Part shown: positions 45,563 through 55,140 of the stretch, one piece after another | Numbering within the stretch: position 1 is the stretch's first letter | How the letters are laid out: every line of letters begins with the position of its first letter | Origin: Calditrichia bacterium | GTDB lineage: Bacteria; Calditrichota; Calditrichia; RBG-13-44-9; J075 | DNA: 64,000 nt | Direction: 5' to 3' | Assembly: GCA_020635015.1 (NCBI GenBank) | Contig: JACKAP010000006.1 | Location: 76,998-140,997, forward strand | Position numbers and translations under genes: made by a program | The notes under the pieces: model-generated | Database searches by the model: none | The model's input: only the letters and a program-made list of their open reading frames with translations | What the model was told of the DNA's origin: nothing

Positions 45563-46798
45563 ATGATCTACCAATCCGTCCACAAAACCATTCTCCCCAA
45601 CGGCCTGACCATCGTTTCCGAGCACATCCCTTACGTGCGTTCGATTTCCCTGGGTGTATGGGTGAAGTCCGGCAGCCGCAGTGAAACCCCGGAGAATAAT
45701 GGGGTTGCCCACTTCCTGGAACATCTGCTGTTCAAGGATACCGAGCGGCGCAGCGCTCGCGACGTGGTGCGCAATATCGAGTCTTTGGGCGGAATGATCA
45801 ACGCTTACACCAGCAAAGAGCAGACCTGCTTTCACGTGGAGATTCTTGATGAACACCTTCCCCAGGCGGTGGACGTGCTGGCGGATATCCTGTTCCGCAA
45901 GGGTTTTCCGGAAAATGAGATCGAAAAAGAACGGGAGGTGATCCTGGATGAGATTCAGTCGCTGGAAGACACTCCGGATGAACTGGTGCAGGATATCCTG
46001 ATGGAAAAACTCTACCCCGGCCACAGTCTGGGATTTTCGATCCTGGGTACGGAGCAGTCTATTGCTGCCCTGACCCTGCGCGAGTTGATGAATTTTTACC
46101 ATGCCCATTATTGCCCCGGCAATATCATCATCGCCGCCGCCGGAAATCTGGAACATGCCCGCCTGGTGGATTTGGCACAGGGCAGCTTTTCCTTTTCCGA
46201 TCAGCCTTGCGATTCCAGCGTGGAGGCCCCCCGGCAGTACGGAAAGGGCGAAGTGCGGATCACCCGCCCGATCAACCAGGCGCATGTCTGCCTGGGGATG
46301 CCCGCCTTCTCCTACAGTGATCCCCGTAAATACGATCTACTGGTGCTGAATACGGTTCTGGGCGCCGGGATGGGCTCGCGCCTGTTCCAGAATATCCGGG
46401 AAACATACGGCATCGCCTATGGGATCTACTCGTTTTTTGATTTCTTCAGCGACAACGGCATGTTTGGGGTCTATCTCGGCACCGATCCGAAAAAAGTGCC
46501 CCGGGCGCTGGAACTGGTGGAGAAAGAACTGGCGGTGCTTTGTAAGCGGCAGATACCCCGGCAGGAACTGCAGGAGGCCCAATCTCAACTGAAGGGCAAC
46601 ATCGTACTGGGACTGGAAAGCACCGCCGCGCGCATGAACCGGCTGGCCATGTTGGAAATCTATTTCGATGGTTTCAAGACGATCGATTACATCGTAGAAG
46701 CGATCGACCGCACCACCCGGAGGTCGGTGTGGGAAACCTCCTGCGAGCTTTTCCGGCCGGAGAACTTTCTGCGGGTGGTGTTCTCGCCGGAGGGTTAG
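45563..46798 (+). CDS. M16 family (pitrilysin-like) zinc peptidase
   Basis: Inverted zinc motif GVAHFLEHLLFKDT. 411 aa. Confidence 0.88.
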   Translation: MIYQSVHKTILPNGLTIVSEHIPYVRSISLGVWVKSGSRSETPENNGVAHFLEHLLFKDTERRSARDVVRNIESLGGMINAYTSKEQTCFHVEILDEHLPQAVDVLADILFRKGFPENEIEKEREVILDEIQSLEDTPDELVQDILMEKLYPGHSLGFSILGTEQSIAALTLRELMNFYHAHYCPGNIIIAAAGNLEHARLVDLAQGSFSFSDQPCDSSVEAPRQYGKGEVRITRPINQAHVCLGMPAFSYSDPRKYDLLVLNTVLGAGMGSRLFQNIRETYGIAYGIYSFFDFFSDNGMFGVYLGTDPKKVPRALELVEKELAVLCKRQIPRQELQEAQSQLKGNIVLGLESTAARMNRLAMLEIYFDGFKTIDYIVEAIDRTTRRSVWETSCELFRPENFLRVVFSPEG

Positions 46799-46826
46799 TG
46801 CATAAGTCATCATCCTGTAAATACCG

Positions 46827-46926
46827 TTGCATGGGGCATGGGGCATGGTGTATTACAGTGCGAGTGTCGACGTATACGCTAGCACATGACGGCGCCATGC
46901 GCTTTGCCCTTTGCCCCATGCAAAAG
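46827..46926 (+). repeat. ~95-bp palindromic MITE/REP-like element, copy 1
   Basis: Terminal inverted repeats TTGCATGGGGCATGGGGCATGG / CCATG..CCCCATGCAAAAG, with an internal core tattacagtgcg...gcgc..acggcgcc shared with copies 2 and 3. Confidence 0.85.
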
Positions 46927-47074
46927 CCGTCCCCAATATCCAGTCCCCGGCACGAACGAAAATAAGTATGCTAGATATACACATTTTTTTTGTATGTTGC
47001 TGATGAGACGGGGCGATCTGCGGGTCGCCTTTGTTTTTTGGCAGCATGATGTTGATTGATGAAGAGGAGTCAGG

Positions 47075-48190
47075 ATGATATTTGGCGTTCCGCTCGAAAT
47101 TCGCACCCATGAGCACCGGGTGGGCGCGGTGCCGTCGGTGGTGCATGAATTGGTCGGTCTGGGCCATCAGGTGCTGGTGGAGGCCAAAGCCGGAGAAAGA
47201 AGCGGGCACAGTGATGCCGATTACGCTGCGGCCGGTGCCACCATCGTGCCCTCGCCGGAGAAACTCTACTCTCAGGCGGAAGCGATCCTGAAGGTGCGTG
47301 GCCCGATTCCGGTTGAGTACGACTTGATCCGCCCCGACCACATCCTCTTCGGCTTCTTCCGGTTTTTTAACCGCCCGGAGAAAACCCTGGCCCTGCTGGG
47401 GCGGGGATGCACCTGTTACGCCTACGAAATGTTCAAAACCCGAGACAATCGCCGCCCGCTGCTGGATATCGACTGCCGGATTTCCGGACAGGTGGCGGTG
47501 CAGCAGGGAAGCACCTATCTGATGACCCCGCACGGGGGCCGGGGCGTGCTGCTGGGACGAATTCCGTTTGGCGACCCGCTGAATGTGACCATCCTTGGCC
47601 TGAGTGTCGCCGGGATCAGCGCAGCGGAGTTCGCCGCCCAAAACGGCGCCCGCATCAACATCATCGATCATGATGAAACCCGCTTTGAAGAAGCGGCTTC
47701 CCACCTTCCGGAGGATGTGCGTTTGCTGAAATTCTCACCGGAAACCCTGCAGGAGATGCTGCCGCGCACCGATCTGCTGATCAGCACCCTGCAGGAGGTG
47801 GAGGATCTCTCGCCGGTCGTGCTGAGCAAGGCGGAGGTTGGGCTGATGCCTCCCGGATCGGTGTTGGTGGATCTGGCGGCGGACTTTGGCGGCAGTGTCG
47901 AAACCAGCAATCCCACCTCCCCGGATAATCCCACCTTTGTGGTTGAGAATGTGATCCATTACTGCGTGCGCAGCCTGCCCAGCATGGTAGCGGCGACCGC
48001 TTCGGAAGCGCTCAGCAATGCGCTGTTGCCCTACCTGATTCGTTTCTGTGAAGCGGGATTTGTGGAAACCCTCAGAGCTAACGAGGAACTGGCCACCGGG
48101 CTGGTCTTTTTTGAAGGCTGGGTCACCCACGAAAAGCTGGCGGAGACCCTGGGTGTCAAGTATGTCGATTTCCGGGAGAGCGGTGAGTAA
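47075..48190 (+). CDS. ald: alanine dehydrogenase
   Basis: MIFGVPLEIRTHEHRVGAVPSVVHELVGLGHQVLVEAKAGERSG matches the AlaDH/PNT N-terminus. 371 aa. Confidence 0.85.
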   Translation: MIFGVPLEIRTHEHRVGAVPSVVHELVGLGHQVLVEAKAGERSGHSDADYAAAGATIVPSPEKLYSQAEAILKVRGPIPVEYDLIRPDHILFGFFRFFNRPEKTLALLGRGCTCYAYEMFKTRDNRRPLLDIDCRISGQVAVQQGSTYLMTPHGGRGVLLGRIPFGDPLNVTILGLSVAGISAAEFAAQNGARINIIDHDETRFEEAASHLPEDVRLLKFSPETLQEMLPRTDLLISTLQEVEDLSPVVLSKAEVGLMPPGSVLVDLAADFGGSVETSNPTSPDNPTFVVENVIHYCVRSLPSMVAATASEALSNALLPYLIRFCEAGFVETLRANEELATGLVFFEGWVTHEKLAETLGVKYVDFRESGE

Positions 48191-49049
48191 GCGGCGCCAC
48201 CGGGATTCCATCCGTGCCCTGCTGGCAAAGATCCCCATCCTGACCTATCACAAGATCGAAAACCGCCGGGAAGTGGGCATTAACGCCCTCCCCCCGGAAC
48301 ATTTCCAGGCGCAGCTGGCCTGCCTGCAGGAACTGGGATATACCACCATCACGTTTCACGACCTCCTCGATTCCCCGGAACTGCCAGAGAAGGCGGTCAT
48401 CCTTACCTTTGATGATGGGTATGCGTCGGTCTACGAGCATGCCCTGCCGCTGATGCAGCCCTACGGATTCCGCGGAGTGGTTTATGCGGTTGGCCGCTTT
48501 ATCGGCCGCTGGAATGATTGGGATGCCAATCTGGGCGGCATCCGCTTCCGCCACATGGACCGGCGGCAGCTGCGTGAGCTGGCGGATGCCGGCTGGGAGG
48601 TCGGCGCTCATTCCCTGACCCACCGGGCGCTCTCCTGGCTTGATGAAACAAGCCTTCACCGGGAAATTTTCGGATCACGTGATCTACTGGCTGATGTCGC
48701 CGGTCGCATGCCAGCGAGCTTTGCCTATCCGTTCGGCATGCATCATCTCCGGGTGCGGGAGATGGCCAAAGCTGCCGGATTTGCTTTCGCCTGCGGCGGG
48801 ATTAACAGCGCTGCAGAAGCCGTCGATCCCCTGCAGTTGCGCCGTGTCCCGGTCTACCAGTTCGAAGGGCTCAGCGCTTACCGGAAAAAGCTGCGGATCG
48901 CGGGTTTGCCCCGATTGGAATATCTAAAACTCCGTATCCTGAGCTGGCCGGCGGTACTCACGCCGCTCTATCAAAAGCGCTTCCGTCGGGAATTATTCCT
49001 TGAAATGGAGGGCATGCCGGGGGTATATTCTAATAATTCAAACGATTGA
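48183..49049 (+). CDS. polysaccharide deacetylase (NodB homology) family protein
   Basis: ILTYHKI...VILTFDDGYASVYEHALPLM...HSLTH. The start is uncertain: GTG 48183 or ATG 48162. The ORF opens at 48048, inside ald. Confidence 0.75.
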   Translation: MSKRRHRDSIRALLAKIPILTYHKIENRREVGINALPPEHFQAQLACLQELGYTTITFHDLLDSPELPEKAVILTFDDGYASVYEHALPLMQPYGFRGVVYAVGRFIGRWNDWDANLGGIRFRHMDRRQLRELADAGWEVGAHSLTHRALSWLDETSLHREIFGSRDLLADVAGRMPASFAYPFGMHHLRVREMAKAAGFAFACGGINSAAEAVDPLQLRRVPVYQFEGLSAYRKKLRIAGLPRLEYLKLRILSWPAVLTPLYQKRFRRELFLEMEGMPGVYSNNSND

Positions 49050-49127
49050 GCCGATTATTACCAGCACCTGAGATTGGATTGACGATGCTCAGGTTGCATT
49101 CGCGGCAATCAAAGACGGTCTGTTGAG

Positions 49128-49478
49128 ATGAGCATTCAGAAACCGCCGAAAAAACTCTATTATTCGCTGCGTCAAACCGCCTCCATGACCGGTTTGAGTG
49201 TCGCCGTGCTTAAAAATTGGGAGAAAGAATTTCCCGAAGTTCAGCCCGCCCGCAATCGCGCCGGCAACCGCCATTATACCGATAGCGACTTGACCCTCCT
49301 CTTCCGCATCAAGGAATTACTTTTGGAAAAAAAGTTGTCTCCGGAGGAAATTCACACCCGCCTGCGCAGCCATCCGGCCCAGCCCGCTCCGGAAGTGGCC
49401 GACGTGGTGCGCCTGAAAAAAGTGCTGGCGGAGATCAAGCTGGAGATCGAGGAAATATTGCTGCTGTTGCGGGAGTAG
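49128..49478 (+). CDS. MerR family transcriptional regulator
   Basis: HTH YYSLRQTASMTGLSVAVLKNWEKEF...RNRAGNRHYTDSDL. Confidence 0.75.
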   Translation: MSIQKPPKKLYYSLRQTASMTGLSVAVLKNWEKEFPEVQPARNRAGNRHYTDSDLTLLFRIKELLLEKKLSPEEIHTRLRSHPAQPAPEVADVVRLKKVLAEIKLEIEEILLLLRE

Positions 49479-49482
49479 GGGG

Positions 49483-49604
49483 GACGAAGGGTGAAGGATG
49501 AAGGATGAAGGATGAAGGATGAAGGATGAAGGATGAAGGATGAAGGATGAAGGATAAAGGATAAAGGATGAAGGATAAAGGATGAAGGATGAAGGATGAA
49601 GGAT
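49483..49604. repeat. (GGATGAA)n / (GGATAAA)n heptamer array filling the whole intergenic spacer
   Basis: About 17 heptamer units lie between the MerR-family stop (49478) and the next start (49605). Confidence 0.9.
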
Positions 49605-49970
49605 ATGTCGGAACGTAAATCGCCACGACTCAGTGGAGGCATCCAAAAATTTTGGGAAGAGCGGGAGCAGTTGAATGAAACCGTGCTGAAAAATGCCGGC
49701 CTCACCACCCGGCGTTTTTTCAGTCTGGATCATCAGGCCTACCAGGAAGGCGCTCTGCCGGTCAAGACCAAGGAACTGCTGGGCCTGGTCGCCTCGCTGG
49801 TGCTGCGCTGCGACGATTGCATCTCCTATCATCTGGTGCGCTGCCGGGAAGAAGGGGTGAGCGCGGCAGAATTGGAAGAGGCGCTGTCGATCGGGCTGGT
49901 CGTGGGAGGCTCTATCACCATTCCCCATCTCCGCCGGGCCTTCCGCGCCTGGGAGGAGATGGAAGGCTAG
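49605..49970 (+). CDS. carboxymuconolactone decarboxylase (AhpD-like) family protein
   Basis: LVLRCDDCISYH CxxC motif. About 120 aa. Confidence 0.75.
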   Translation: MSERKSPRLSGGIQKFWEEREQLNETVLKNAGLTTRRFFSLDHQAYQEGALPVKTKELLGLVASLVLRCDDCISYHLVRCREEGVSAAELEEALSIGLVVGGSITIPHLRRAFRAWEEMEG

Positions 49971-49991
49971 CGCCGCACGCACCCTAGGGCT

Positions 49992-51149
49992 TTATCCGAA
50001 CAAGCGGGAGTCTGACACCTCCGGCTCCTGGCTGGAGACGGTTTCCATGTAGGTCTTAATGAATGAAGGGCGGAAGATCTTGCGGTCGAAACCGATATTG
50101 CCCTCATCAGCCAGATTGCGGATCAATTGTTTATAGGATTTGAAGGCCCGGACTTTCACATAAAACGGAATCCAGCGCAGGGGAAACTTCAGCGGTCCCA
50201 GCACCAGCCGCTGCCGCCCGAGATGCTTTTCCAGGTTACCGGGGTTGAGGTAGTTCAGCAGATGGGCCGCCCCCTGATCGACCAGCGCCCGGTATCCTTT
50301 CAGCATCGCCCGTTCGTGAAGGAGATGCTCTTCGATTTGCTGGTGAATATAGTTCAAGCGCCGGTCGGCTTCTTCCGGGGTGATGTCGGCATCATACAGA
50401 TAAGCCTGAAGCTCTTCCGGGGTGGATAAATGCAGGGGCTGGTCGCTGATGACCGTGGCGATTTCCATAAATTGCCGGCGGAATTTGGCCGCTTCTTTAG
50501 CCAGTTCGATCAGGGCGTTAAATAAAATCTCTTCGGTCTTGCGGGGGTTGTAGGGGGGACCCGCTCTTTCCGCAGGTGGTGCCGGCTGCGCCGGGGCCGG
50601 GGGAGCTTCCGGGAAAATGGCCGCGAGCATGGCGCGGATCTCCTCTCGGCTGACCGCGCGGCGGGTGAGGGCGTCATCCAGCGCACCGCGCATCTCGCTT
50701 TCCCGAAGTTCACGCTTTTCGCTGTGGAATTTTTCAGCCAGCTGCTGCAGCAGATGCACCAATTGGCGAATATCTTCCTGGAAGGGATTGAGGTAAGGAG
50801 CCGTTTCATCCGCCCTTCCATTGCGGTGAGGCGCTTCCGGGCGAAATTGATATTCCAGCAAAAATTCCCCGATTTGAATCTTGTCTCCGTTCTGCAATTG
50901 ATAGGGCTGCTCGGCAGCCAGCTTGATCTGGTTGAGATATGTCGCATTGGCGCTTTTGCAATCCACCAGATAATATACCGCGCCCTTCTGCCGAATCATG
51001 GCGTGGCGCCGGGAAACCACTTTCTCCCGGTCTTGCAGTTGCAGGGTGTTGGATGAATGGCGGCCGATCGAGATCAATGCCTGTTCGAACTCCGCCTCCT
51101 GCTGCCAATTTATATCGGATGCCTTCCGGATGTTAAATCTCGCGGGCAT
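49992..51149 (-). CDS. FHA domain protein with Pro/Ala-rich linker and uncharacterised C-terminal domain
   Basis: FHA region ISIGRHSSNTLQLQDREKVVSRRHAMIRQKGAVYYLVDCKSANATYLN. Linker PEAPPAPAQPAPPAE. Confidence 0.75.
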   Translation of the reverse strand: MPARFNIRKASDINWQQEAEFEQALISIGRHSSNTLQLQDREKVVSRRHAMIRQKGAVYYLVDCKSANATYLNQIKLAAEQPYQLQNGDKIQIGEFLLEYQFRPEAPHRNGRADETAPYLNPFQEDIRQLVHLLQQLAEKFHSEKRELRESEMRGALDDALTRRAVSREEIRAMLAAIFPEAPPAPAQPAPPAERAGPPYNPRKTEEILFNALIELAKEAAKFRRQFMEIATVISDQPLHLSTPEELQAYLYDADITPEEADRRLNYIHQQIEEHLLHERAMLKGYRALVDQGAAHLLNYLNPGNLEKHLGRQRLVLGPLKFPLRWIPFYVKVRAFKSYKQLIRNLADEGNIGFDRKIFRPSFIKTYMETVSSQEPEVSDSRLFG

Positions 51150-51201
51150 GCTTACGCTCCTTTCCCAAAAGTGTGCAAACTATGAACATTCCCCGCCGGT
51201 T

Positions 51202-52662
51202 TTACCGATCGCTTTTTTTAGCATAATCGGGATACCAGGCCTTCATACAGTCGTCGCAGATGCCATGACTGAACTCTGCTTCTGAATGTTCTTGCAAATA
51301 CAGTTCCAATTGATTCCAATATCCCTTATCATCACGTATTTTTTTACATGAGGAGCAGATTGGAATCAATCCCCGGAGCGTTTTGATTTTGGTCAGGGCG
51401 TCACGCAGTTCGCGGATCAACTGTTCTTTGGCAGCTTCCGCCTCTACTCGGTCAGTGACGTCTCGGATGATCGACAGCACCGCTTCTGACCCGCAGGCCA
51501 TGATGCGGTTTTCATAGAATCGTTTTTTGCCATGCACCTGCAGGTCGAATTCGAACACCTGCACCGTGCCGGAATACAGCGCTTTGGAAATATAGCCGAG
51601 GGTTCGCTGGTTGATTTCGCCGGGCAGCAGGTCGTGCAGTCTTTTCCCCGGCAGGTCATCGCCGAACAACGGAATGGTGTTCTTGGGCATCTTGCAGGCC
51701 AGCACTGTGCCGTCCTGGTTTAGCTGCATCATCAGATCCGGTATGGCGTTGAGCAGGGCGCGGTTGGTGACTTCGCTTTGCTGGAGGGATTTCAGGAAGT
51801 TCTCCAGGTTTTCCCGGGAGTTTTTTTCTTTGTGCACGCGCTCGTTCAATATCAGGCGTTCCAGCCCTCCGGCGGTTTGCCGGGCGATGTCGGTCAGCAG
51901 GCGCAGATCGCTGTTGCCGAACTTCTTGGCGGATTTATCCTCGATATACAATACCCCCATCAGGGAATCCTTGCTGCGCAGGGGAACGCAGATGGCGGAG
52001 TGCATTTCCTCCGCCAGGAGCGTATCGGCCGGGTCGGTGCCCGGGTTATATATTGCCGCCTCCCCGTTGCCTAGCACTTGCGCCACCAGCGGCCGGCGGT
52101 AGGAGTCGGAGGCCCCATAGTAAATCTGGCAGTAGGGCATCGGGTCCTGGTCGAACAGCAGGATGGCGCCTCCATCGGCGCCGGTCGATTGACAGGACAG
52201 CTTAATCACCCACTCACAAATGGTATCGATATCATTGGTCTGGTTGAATTTCTGGCTGATCTTGTTGATGATCAGATAGTGCAGATCTACCGTGTTGCTG
52301 GGATCCACGCTGTCGGCCTTCGCTGCGGTTTCGCCGGTGGGCTGATCCTGCGGGATGTCGGCAGCAAAGGTCAGGATGGTAAACCCGACCCGGATCTGGT
52401 CCTGATCGGCCAGGCGGATGCGTTTGATCCGCTCGTCGTTGACATAGGTGTGATTCCGGCTTCCGAGATCTTCAATGTAGTAATGGCCTTTCTCGCGGAA
52501 GATCCGGGCATGACGGCGGGAAACCGTCTCGTCATCGATCGCCAGATCATTTTCGATCTGCTGGGAAAGATCATCTTTCCCGATATATATCTCCTCCTCG
52601 GAGAAGGTGTACGCTTCTTCGCTACCGTTTGGCAGGCGTACCTTTAACTTGGCCATGGGCAT
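51202..52662 (-). CDS. FHA-GAF-PAS signalling protein with C-terminal Cys-rich (CxxC...HxxCxxC) module
   Basis: FHA region IYIGKDD...VSRRHARIFREKGHYYIEDLGSRNHTYVN. GAF-like middle and PAS-like region. Ends LIPICSSCKKIRDDKGYWNQLELYLQEHSEAEFSHGICDDCMKAWYP. Confidence 0.75.
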   Translation of the reverse strand: MPMAKLKVRLPNGSEEAYTFSEEEIYIGKDDLSQQIENDLAIDDETVSRRHARIFREKGHYYIEDLGSRNHTYVNDERIKRIRLADQDQIRVGFTILTFAADIPQDQPTGETAAKADSVDPSNTVDLHYLIINKISQKFNQTNDIDTICEWVIKLSCQSTGADGGAILLFDQDPMPYCQIYYGASDSYRRPLVAQVLGNGEAAIYNPGTDPADTLLAEEMHSAICVPLRSKDSLMGVLYIEDKSAKKFGNSDLRLLTDIARQTAGGLERLILNERVHKEKNSRENLENFLKSLQQSEVTNRALLNAIPDLMMQLNQDGTVLACKMPKNTIPLFGDDLPGKRLHDLLPGEINQRTLGYISKALYSGTVQVFEFDLQVHGKKRFYENRIMACGSEAVLSIIRDVTDRVEAEAAKEQLIRELRDALTKIKTLRGLIPICSSCKKIRDDKGYWNQLELYLQEHSEAEFSHGICDDCMKAWYPDYAKKSDR

Positions 52663-52769
52663 CCCTTTGCTGATTCGATCATAATATATCAAAATTTACC
52701 ACACCGCCAAAGAGAATGCAAAAAGGCTTGATTTTTCTTGAATGATCAATCTGAGAGCAGTGTAGGTCT

Positions 52770-52858
52770 TTTTTGCATGGGGCATGGGGTATTACAGTGC
52801 GGGTCTCGGAATATGCGCTTGCGCATTACGGCGCCATGCCCTATGCCCCATGCAAAAG
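52770..52858 (+). repeat. ~95-bp palindromic MITE/REP-like element, copy 2
   Basis: Same termini and core as copy 1. Lies in the divergent promoter region between the FHA-GAF-PAS gene and the MarR-family gene. Confidence 0.85.
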
Positions 52859-52972
52859 TTTTCCACATTTTACAGTTCTCAAAATGCTTGTTTGCAAAAA
52901 AAAATAAAAAATGTGTTGCAACATTAAATGTCTATACATATATTTTTGGCGAATAAAATAACCGAGTATTAT

Positions 52973-53422
52973 ATGGAACTGGAAAAAGAGATTAATCAAA
53001 GCAAGTTTCGCAACGAATATCAGAAGATGATCATCAACATCCTCTTCACCGCCGGGTGGTTGAATCATCACAATTCGCTGAAGTTAAAGCCCCATGGCAT
53101 ATCGCCTCAGCAGTTTAACGTACTGCGGATTCTGCGCGGCCAGCATCCCAATCCGGTCACGATCAACCTGCTGCAGGAGCGGATGCTTGACCGCATGTCG
53201 AATGCCTCCCGGTTGGTGGAGAAGCTGCGCCAGAAAAACCTGGTGGAACGGCGTGTCTGCGAACGCGATCGCCGGGCGGTTGACGTCATCATCACTGATC
53301 AAGGGTTGGCAATATTGGCAGAACTGGATAAAGTGATGATCGAATGGGAAAACGAATGCAAAGTGTTGAGTGAAAGCGAAGCAGATACCCTGAACCGGCT
53401 CCTAAATAAACTGCGCGGCTAG
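52973..53422 (+). CDS. MarR family transcriptional regulator
   Basis: ISPQQFNVLRILRGQHPNPVTINLLQERMLDRMSNASRLVEKLRQKNLVER winged helix. Confidence 0.85.
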   Translation: MELEKEINQSKFRNEYQKMIINILFTAGWLNHHNSLKLKPHGISPQQFNVLRILRGQHPNPVTINLLQERMLDRMSNASRLVEKLRQKNLVERRVCERDRRAVDVIITDQGLAILAELDKVMIEWENECKVLSESEADTLNRLLNKLRG

Positions 53423-53425
53423 GGG

Positions 53426-53478
53426 GGTTATAGATTGCGGTTATTGGCAACAACACCCAATAACCGCAATCTATAACC
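53426..53478 (+). terminator. perfect 22-bp-stem hairpin downstream of the MarR-family gene (no U-tract)
   Basis: ggttatagattgcggttattgg, a 9-nt loop, then ccaataaccgcaatctataacc. Starts 4 nt after the stop codon. Confidence 0.4.
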
Positions 53479-53576
53479 AAATGCCAAAGACTAAAGACCA
53501 AGAGCTAAATGTTTGAAAGACATATTTTATAGTAACCAAACAAATATCACCATAAATCAATCTAAGGAGTTGTATC

Positions 53577-54185
53577 ATGAAAAAGTATTTTGCAGTGTTG
53601 TTGGTTTTCGCCTTGACCGGGTTGGGAGGCAGCTTGTTGGCCCAGACTTACACCGTTGATGTAGAGAATAGCAAACTGGCCTGGGAAGGTGAAAAAGTGA
53701 CCGGTAAGCATCATGGAATTATCAATATTCAATCCGGGCAACTTTCCCGTGACGGTGAAAGCCTGAGCGGCGAATTCACGATTGACATGAATTCGATCGT
53801 TGACTTCGACCTGGAAGACCCGCAGTGGAACCAGAAACTGGTCGGTCATCTGAAGTCGGATGATTTCTTCTCGGTGGACAAGCATCCGGTCTCCACTTTC
53901 AAGATTACCAATGTCGCCGAATATGAAGCCAAAGAAGGGGAGAAGGCAACCCACACCATTACTGGCGATCTGACCATCAAAGGGATCACCCATCAGATTT
54001 CCTTCCCGGCCTATGTCAATTTCAACGGGGAAACCGTGGTGGCCGAAGCGAACTTCGCGATCGATCGCACCAAGTGGGATATCCGCTTCCGTTCCGGCAG
54101 CTTCTTCGAGAACCTGGGCGACAAGCTGATCTACGACGACATCAAATTCGAACTGAATCTGACCGGTGCTAAGGCCGAAAGCTAA
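53577..54185 (+). CDS. YceI family periplasmic protein
   Basis: Signal peptide. YTVDVENSKLAWEGEKVTGKHHG... Confidence 0.85.
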   Translation: MKKYFAVLLVFALTGLGGSLLAQTYTVDVENSKLAWEGEKVTGKHHGIINIQSGQLSRDGESLSGEFTIDMNSIVDFDLEDPQWNQKLVGHLKSDDFFSVDKHPVSTFKITNVAEYEAKEGEKATHTITGDLTIKGITHQISFPAYVNFNGETVVAEANFAIDRTKWDIRFRSGSFFENLGDKLIYDDIKFELNLTGAKAES

Positions 54186-54315
54186 GGATCACCGGTTCAA
54201 GTAAGGCGGCCAGTATTTTGTTTTATAAGTCTGGCCGCCTTATGAATTATGACGGCTATAAGCTAATAAATCAGTTTTTCTTTACAATTATATTTAGCAT
54301 TTTTTTGGCAATATT

Positions 54316-55023
54316 ATGAAAATACTATACATATATCCCCATCCCGATGATGAATCCTTTGGCCCCGGCCATGTGATGGCGAAACAGGTGCGCGATGGCC
54401 ACGAGGTATACTTGCTGACCCTCACCAAAGGAGGCGCCACCCGGCAGCGGTTTAAATACAATCATACGATCGCTGAGATGGGGGAGGTGCGTTACCGGGA
54501 AATGCTGAATGTCGCCAGGACGTTAAATCTCACCGGCATGACCGTGCTGGACCTGCCCGACAGCGGATTGAAGGAGATGGATCCCCGGGAGATCGAAAAA
54601 GTGGTTGCTGCCGAGATCGAGCGGCTGCAGCCGGCAGTGGTGGTGACCTATGCGGTTCACGGTATCAGCGGCTTTCACGATCATCTGGTGACCCATGCAG
54701 TAGTAAAAAGAGTTTTTGTGGATTTAAAGGAAAGAACAAATTATCTTAGACGGTTGGCAATGGTAACACTCACCGAAGCTGATGCGAGTATGGGAACGAT
54801 GTTTAAGCTGAATCATTCCAAGCCTGAGGAAATCGACTGCATCGTGACGGTGGAAGATGCCGACATCAAAAGCTGCCATGCAGCCCTGGATTGCTATACG
54901 ACATTTCAGGAAACGATCGAGAAATCCGGCATCAAATCATTCATTAAGCACCAGGCGGTGTTTGAAATTTTTCAGGAAGATCACAAGCCGCCGCTGACCG
55001 ATCTCTTTGATCATTTGTCCTGA
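54316..55023 (+). CDS. PIG-L/LmbE family deacetylase
   Basis: ILYIYPHPDDESFG motif. Confidence 0.8.
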   Translation: MKILYIYPHPDDESFGPGHVMAKQVRDGHEVYLLTLTKGGATRQRFKYNHTIAEMGEVRYREMLNVARTLNLTGMTVLDLPDSGLKEMDPREIEKVVAAEIERLQPAVVVTYAVHGISGFHDHLVTHAVVKRVFVDLKERTNYLRRLAMVTLTEADASMGTMFKLNHSKPEEIDCIVTVEDADIKSCHAALDCYTTFQETIEKSGIKSFIKHQAVFEIFQEDHKPPLTDLFDHLS

Positions 55024-55140
55024 GCATGATCACGCTGCTGCGGTTCGCTAAATCATTGAACCGGGCTGCTGGTAGGCGTGATGTCTTTACATGCATCCGG
55101 GGGAAGTGGCATTTTCTTTAAATCCAGGAGGGTTGCAGCA

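Noticed and set aside
47012-47040. Terminator/attenuator-like hairpin ggcga-n8-tcgcc followed by tttgtttttt, about 35 nt upstream of ald
   Set aside because: The stem is only 5 bp and I could not find an alternative antiterminator. It is noted but too weak to call as a feature.
48048-48182. Long overlap of the deacetylase ORF with the end of ald
   Set aside because: The overlapping part has no family similarity. A GTG (48183) or ATG (48162) start removes most of the overlap.
54203-54241. 11-bp hairpin aaggcggccag/ctggccgcctt after the YceI-family gene as an intrinsic terminator
   Set aside because: The stem is good, but the loop is 17 nt and there is no U-tract on either strand. It may be a Rho-dependent or structural element, so it is not listed as a terminator.
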